Virus record (IMG/VR): IMGVR_UViG_3300015607_002766
DNA from: an uncultured virus (IMG/VR IMGVR_UViG_3300015607_002766)
Taxonomy: Duplodnaviria > Heunggongvirae > Uroviricota > Caudoviricetes
Direction: 5' to 3' (one strand)
DNA length: 64,000 nucleotides
Shown here: positions 60,230 through 64,000 of the stretch, piece after piece
Position numbering within the stretch: the first letter of the stretch is position 1
How the letters are laid out: each line of letters begins with the position of its first letter
Notes under the pieces: model-generated
The model's database searches: none
The model's input: the letters and a program-made list of their open reading frames with translations, nothing else
Told to the model about the DNA's origin: nothing
Program-made: the position numbers and the translations under genes

Positions 60230-60866
60230 GTTTAAGAAGTTTGGTGGGGAATATATCCCAGACATCATACAATATCTCAAGGATTACCTTGAGACAGATC
60301 CGAGCGCAACTATCACGGTTGGATGTGACTCTATTCAAAAGAGACGCAGAACTGTTTATGCGATAACTATTATGATGTACAATACAGACTTGAGACATGG
60401 TGCTCACGTTGTATTCTTCCGTGAGTCTTGTGATAAGATTAGAGATAATAACGATAGGCTTTATAGAGAAGCTCAATATCTACATGATGTTGCAACTTAC
60501 CTTGATAAAGAACTTTCAGAATTCTATATCAGAAAAGACTTGACAGATATTGAAAGAAAAAGATATAAGTTTCACTTGGCTAAGTGTAACCAAGAGTATG
60601 ACCATGTACCATATCATTTAGAAGAAGGTGTTATGAATGGTATGTCTCTTTCAGCTTCTGATAGAATGGATTTCAGATTGGTTGATATACATATTGACTT
60701 TAATCCATCTGAAGGTAGAAAGAATGAGAAAGGTATGAGTAGAAATAAATCTCATGCTGCTTATAAGGCTTATGTTCCTTGGTTAAGAGGTATGGGGTTT
60801 CGTGTATGGGCGAAGCCCAATGGCCATGCTGCCACAAATGTGTCAGATCTACTTCTTCAAGATTAA
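60216..60866 (+). CDS. RNase H-like protein (YkuK/DUF458 family)
   Basis: ITVGCDS, RLYREA, DIHIDFN, KPNGHAATNVSD. Confidence 0.75.
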   Translation: MFKSKFKKFGGEYIPDIIQYLKDYLETDPSATITVGCDSIQKRRRTVYAITIMMYNTDLRHGAHVVFFRESCDKIRDNNDRLYREAQYLHDVATYLDKELSEFYIRKDLTDIERKRYKFHLAKCNQEYDHVPYHLEEGVMNGMSLSASDRMDFRLVDIHIDFNPSEGRKNEKGMSRNKSHAAYKAYVPWLRGMGFRVWAKPNGHAATNVSDLLLQD

Positions 60867-60928
60867 TTCCATCAGGAGCAAAGGAAAGAGCATTAATTTA
60901 ATATATAAGAAAATTAATGCTCTTTTTT

Positions 60929-61690
60929 ATGATATATTATATTTTATATGAAACAACAAACCTAATAAATGGTAAAAAATATAGAGGTATTCACAAAACG
61001 GATAAATTGGAAGATGGTTATTTAGGTAGCGGATATGCTTTAATAGAATCTATTGAGAAATATGGCAAAGAAAACTTTCAAAGAGAGATATTAGAATTTT
61101 GCGATTCTTATGATGAACTAATTGAATTAGAAAAAATTTATGTTGATAAAGAATGGGTTAAAGATAGATCAAATTACAATTTAAAAACTGGTGGACAAAG
61201 TTCTGGTATATTATCGGAAGAATCTAAAAGAAAAATATCAGATACTTTGAAAGAAAAATATCAAAATGGTGAATTAGACAGAAGAGAAGGTATAATACCT
61301 TATGAGACAACAGATGAAATAAAAGAAAAGATATCAAAGACATTAAAAGAGAAATATAAAAGTAAAGAACATCATTTAAAGGGATGCATCCCATGGAATA
61401 AAGGTAAAAAAGGTTCACAAGTAGCATGGAACAAGGGTAAAAAAATGGGTAATATGTCTGATGAAGAAAAGAAAAAAAGATCGAACACATTGAAAGAAAG
61501 GTATAAAAATGAAGAACATCATGCTAAAGGTAAATCACCTTGGAATAAAGGTAAAAAAGGAGTTCAAGTACCTTGGAATAAAGGAAAAGAAATGAAAAAA
61601 GATAAATGTAAATACTGTGATAAAGAAATGGATATTTTAAATCTGAATAAATATCACAATGAAAATTGTAAGTTAAAAATACTTATCTAA
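60929..61690 (+). mobile_element. GIY-YIG homing endonuclease with PWNKGKKG repeats
   Basis: LYETTNLINGKKYRGIH, DGYLGSG, KYGKENFQREIL; four (P/A)WNKGK repeats. Confidence 0.88.
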
Positions 61691-61691
61691 T

Positions 61692-62048
61692 ATGTTTGAG
61701 ATAAATAAGATGTTTATTTCAAAAATTGGCTGGTCTACATACACAAGTTCTATGTGGAGACCGCCCATTTCTATTAAAAACGTTTTAGATACTGAGAATA
61801 TTATTTATTATATTCAACCTGTAAGTTCTGAAAAAACATTTTTAATTAGTGAGTTTAGTGATAAACAAAATAAAATTAAACAATATAAATTTATAATAGT
61901 AAACAATAATCAGTCTCAAATTGATATATTAGGTTCAATTCAAATTGAAATTAAATCAAACTTAGATTTAATGAAATTAGTAAGAGATTTTGAAGCTTGT
62001 AATGAAGAATATAAAAGGCACTTTAAATTAAATAAATTATTAAAATGA
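61692..62048 (+). CDS. hypothetical protein with C-terminal tag (YKRHFKLNKLLK)
   Basis: 118-aa ORF. Confidence 0.65.
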   Translation: MFEINKMFISKIGWSTYTSSMWRPPISIKNVLDTENIIYYIQPVSSEKTFLISEFSDKQNKIKQYKFIIVNNNQSQIDILGSIQIEIKSNLDLMKLVRDFEACNEEYKRHFKLNKLLK

Positions 62049-62647
62049 AAAAAGAAGTAAAAGTTCTAGGTCTATCCTACAGTCAATCAAACTCTGGTTC
62101 ATATGTTGTAGTTCTTTCAGAAAAGAAAGGTAAAAGAAAACTACCTATTGTTATCAAGCCATCTGATGCTCAACAAATTGCCTTAAAGATTGAAGGTGTT
62201 AAATCACCAAGACCTTTAACACACGACTTGTTTAGATCAATCACTGATTCATATCAAATTGATGTTCAAGAGGTTTATATCTATGCGATTCTTGAAGGAA
62301 TTTTCTACACAAAGTTAGTAACCACTAATGGTGTTGAAGAAGCTGAAGTAGATTGTACTGCTGGTGATGGTATTGCTCTTTCTATTGTCTATGATTGTCC
62401 ATTATATGTAGCTAAAGAAGTTTTAGAAATATCAGGCGTTTATATTAATGACGATGGTTCTTCTATGGCTCCTACAGAAGTTGAAGAAGAAGAGGAATAC
62501 GAAGAAGTTGAAGAAGTTCCTGTTAAACGAGTTGTTTCTATTGAAGACTTAGAGCATATGATTGAAGATGCTATTCGTAATGAGGAATATGAAATTGCTG
62601 CTGAGATTCGTGATAGAATTGAGCAATTAAAAAAAGAAAATAAGTAA
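62045..62647 (+). CDS. bifunctional nuclease (DUF151) with C-terminal UVR domain
   Basis: LPIVI, PRPLTHDL, DGIAL, AIRNEEYEIAAEIRD. Confidence 0.88.
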   Translation: MKKEVKVLGLSYSQSNSGSYVVVLSEKKGKRKLPIVIKPSDAQQIALKIEGVKSPRPLTHDLFRSITDSYQIDVQEVYIYAILEGIFYTKLVTTNGVEEAEVDCTAGDGIALSIVYDCPLYVAKEVLEISGVYINDDGSSMAPTEVEEEEEYEEVEEVPVKRVVSIEDLEHMIEDAIRNEEYEIAAEIRDRIEQLKKENK

Positions 62648-62648
62648 A

Positions 62649-63485
62649 ATGGCATTAAGTTATATCGGTGGTAAAAGTAAAATAGGAACTTGGATTAGAA
62701 ATTACATTCCAAATAACATAGAAACTTATGTAGAACCATTCTCAGGGATGTTCTGGGTATTCTTTAAATTGAATACACCAAGTTTCAAAAATCTAAAAAG
62801 AGTTGTTTATAATGATGTTAATCCCTTAAACGTAAATCTTTATCTTTGTCTTAAAGACTATAAGAAGTTTTGGGAAATGACTCAAAACACACCGATTGAA
62901 AGTAAAGAGTTGTTTGACAAATGTAAGTCAGATTTATTTGATACAGAATTTGTGTTAGATAAAGAAAATCCAAACTTTGATATTGCTTTCAAATATGCTT
63001 ATGTTCTAAGCCAAGTTTGGTCTGGTACAGACCCTCGAAAAGGTAACCTTATCTTAAAAGGTGGCTACGAAGGTAAAGATGGTGTTTATAAATCTAAGTT
63101 TGAAATCTTTAGAAGTAAGTTAATTGATCCAAAATGGCAGAAGCTACTTGACTCGATTACTCACATCGAGAATTTAGACTTTGAAGAGGTTATTAAGAAA
63201 TATGATTCACCGACTACTTACTTTTATTGTGACCCACCATACTTCAAAACCGAAGACTATTATATAAACCACGACTTTGGTGTTCAAACACACGAAAGAT
63301 TAGCTAACAGCTTAAAGTCTATTCAAGGTAAGTTTTCACTAAGTTATTATCATTTTGATTTATTGGATGATTGGTTTCCTCAAGATACCTACAACTGGAA
63401 GACAAAAGAATTTGCTAAGACGGCAATGGCTGTTCCAGGTAAAGCTCAAACTAAAGGTACGGAGCTTCTAATAATGAATTACTGA
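62649..63485 (+). CDS. Dam-like DNA adenine methyltransferase
   Basis: YIGGKS, YVEPFSG, FYCDPPY. Confidence 0.9.
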   Translation: MALSYIGGKSKIGTWIRNYIPNNIETYVEPFSGMFWVFFKLNTPSFKNLKRVVYNDVNPLNVNLYLCLKDYKKFWEMTQNTPIESKELFDKCKSDLFDTEFVLDKENPNFDIAFKYAYVLSQVWSGTDPRKGNLILKGGYEGKDGVYKSKFEIFRSKLIDPKWQKLLDSITHIENLDFEEVIKKYDSPTTYFYCDPPYFKTEDYYINHDFGVQTHERLANSLKSIQGKFSLSYYHFDLLDDWFPQDTYNWKTKEFAKTAMAVPGKAQTKGTELLIMNY

Positions 63486-63486
63486 T

Positions 63487-63837
63487 ATGATACTATTAAC
63501 ATGTCAGTTATTATTTGAAGGTGGTACAGGTGATAGAATACTAACATCTATTGTTTATGATGAAAATAAAAGTAGATTTGTCAAAATAAGTCAAAAGATA
63601 TCACCAGAGCTAGTACAAGATCTATCAGCATCAAATCCAATGGTTGATATAATGGATGTAATTAGTTTAGATTATATGGATTATGTTTTCAAAGAGGAAG
63701 AGTTAGAAGATATATTTGAAATGATTGAGGATGGACCGGACAATGATATAGTTAATAAAGCAAAAGAATTTATCAAATCATATAGAAGAGATATTAAAAT
63801 AAAAAAAATAGTCAATGAAATACAAAAAGATAATTAA
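63487..63837 (+). CDS. hypothetical protein with C-terminal tag (YRRDIKIKKIVN)
   Basis: 116-aa ORF. Confidence 0.65.
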   Translation: MILLTCQLLFEGGTGDRILTSIVYDENKSRFVKISQKISPELVQDLSASNPMVDIMDVISLDYMDYVFKEEELEDIFEMIEDGPDNDIVNKAKEFIKSYRRDIKIKKIVNEIQKDN

Positions 63838-64000
63838 GGAGTGGAAAGATGCTACTGCTAAAGAAGTCTGGGAAGGTGTTAGAGATAACTTTCTTTTTGG
63901 ATTTATCGGAGCTACTTTAGTTGTTTTCATTGCTACAAAAATAGATATAGCTGTTTTACTAGGATATCTTACTTATTACTCATTTATGGGTAAGATTGTA
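63815..64000 (+). CDS. membrane protein (3'-partial)
   Basis: MKYKKIIKEW...FLFGFIGATLVVFIATKIDIAVLLGY. Confidence 0.6.
   Translation, partial: MKYKKIIKEWKDATAKEVWEGVRDNFLFGFIGATLVVFIATKIDIAVLLGYLTYYSFMGKIV

Noticed and set aside
2930..62655. Shadow ORFs from the six-frame track (e.g. 2930+, 16414+, 19884+, 26840-, 40603-, 42922-, 57121-, 58611-, 62440-)
   Set aside because: They overlap better-supported genes and have no motifs
1..64000. Stop-codon reassignment (TAG read as sense), prompted by the CUA tRNA
   Set aside because: Conserved genes are intact in code 11, coding density is high, and TAG ends several genes at natural C-termini
1..64000. CRISPR array
   Set aside because: No regularly spaced identical repeats; the repeats seen are coding or promoter duplications
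1..64000. Eukaryotic giant virus or bacterial chromosome as the source
   Set aside because: T4-type split topoisomerase, a PG-binding amidase, Bacteroidetes promoters, many free-standing endonucleases and no housekeeping operons indicate a large bacteriophage

Overview
AT-rich, gene-dense 64-kb segment of a large T4-like (jumbo/huge) phage that infects Bacteroidetes. The host call rests on about 18 copies of the Bacteroidetes sigma-A promoter (TTTG...TAnnTTTG) and a gene with a T9SS type-B sorting domain. The window is an accessory/replication region with no full-length structural genes. It carries both type II topoisomerase subunits, a 5'-3' exonuclease/RNase H, NusG, dCMP deaminase, UvsE, CoaE, an M16 peptidase, an amidase, a rhomboid, a MoxR ATPase with a VWA/metalloprotease partner, four DNA methyltransferases and about 8 free-standing homing endonucleases. 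It also has a CCA-adding enzyme split in two by an endonuclease gene, a minimal RNase P RNA, a tRNA(CAT) and an atypical amber (CTA) tRNA. Main unexplained structure: (1) about 28 otherwise unrelated, mostly small proteins end in one C-terminal helix motif, R-[DENKH]-x-K-[IL]-x-x-[IL]-[ILF]. (2) An operon of four micro-ORFs (13722-14447) fuses that tag to recognisable short pieces of major capsid protein (two pieces), prohead protease and portal; a fifth micro-ORF resembles a terminase/helicase LRDYQ segment. This suggests a modular bait-plus-tag (decoy/adaptor) system. (3) A separate set of proteins behind a TTAATATATA late promoter starts with a capsid-targeting-like MKYLKxFNE motif. Several abrupt gene fusions and a ~2-kb bacterial-looking insert point to rearrangements or assembly errors. 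All family calls come from motif recognition by eye; no searches were run.
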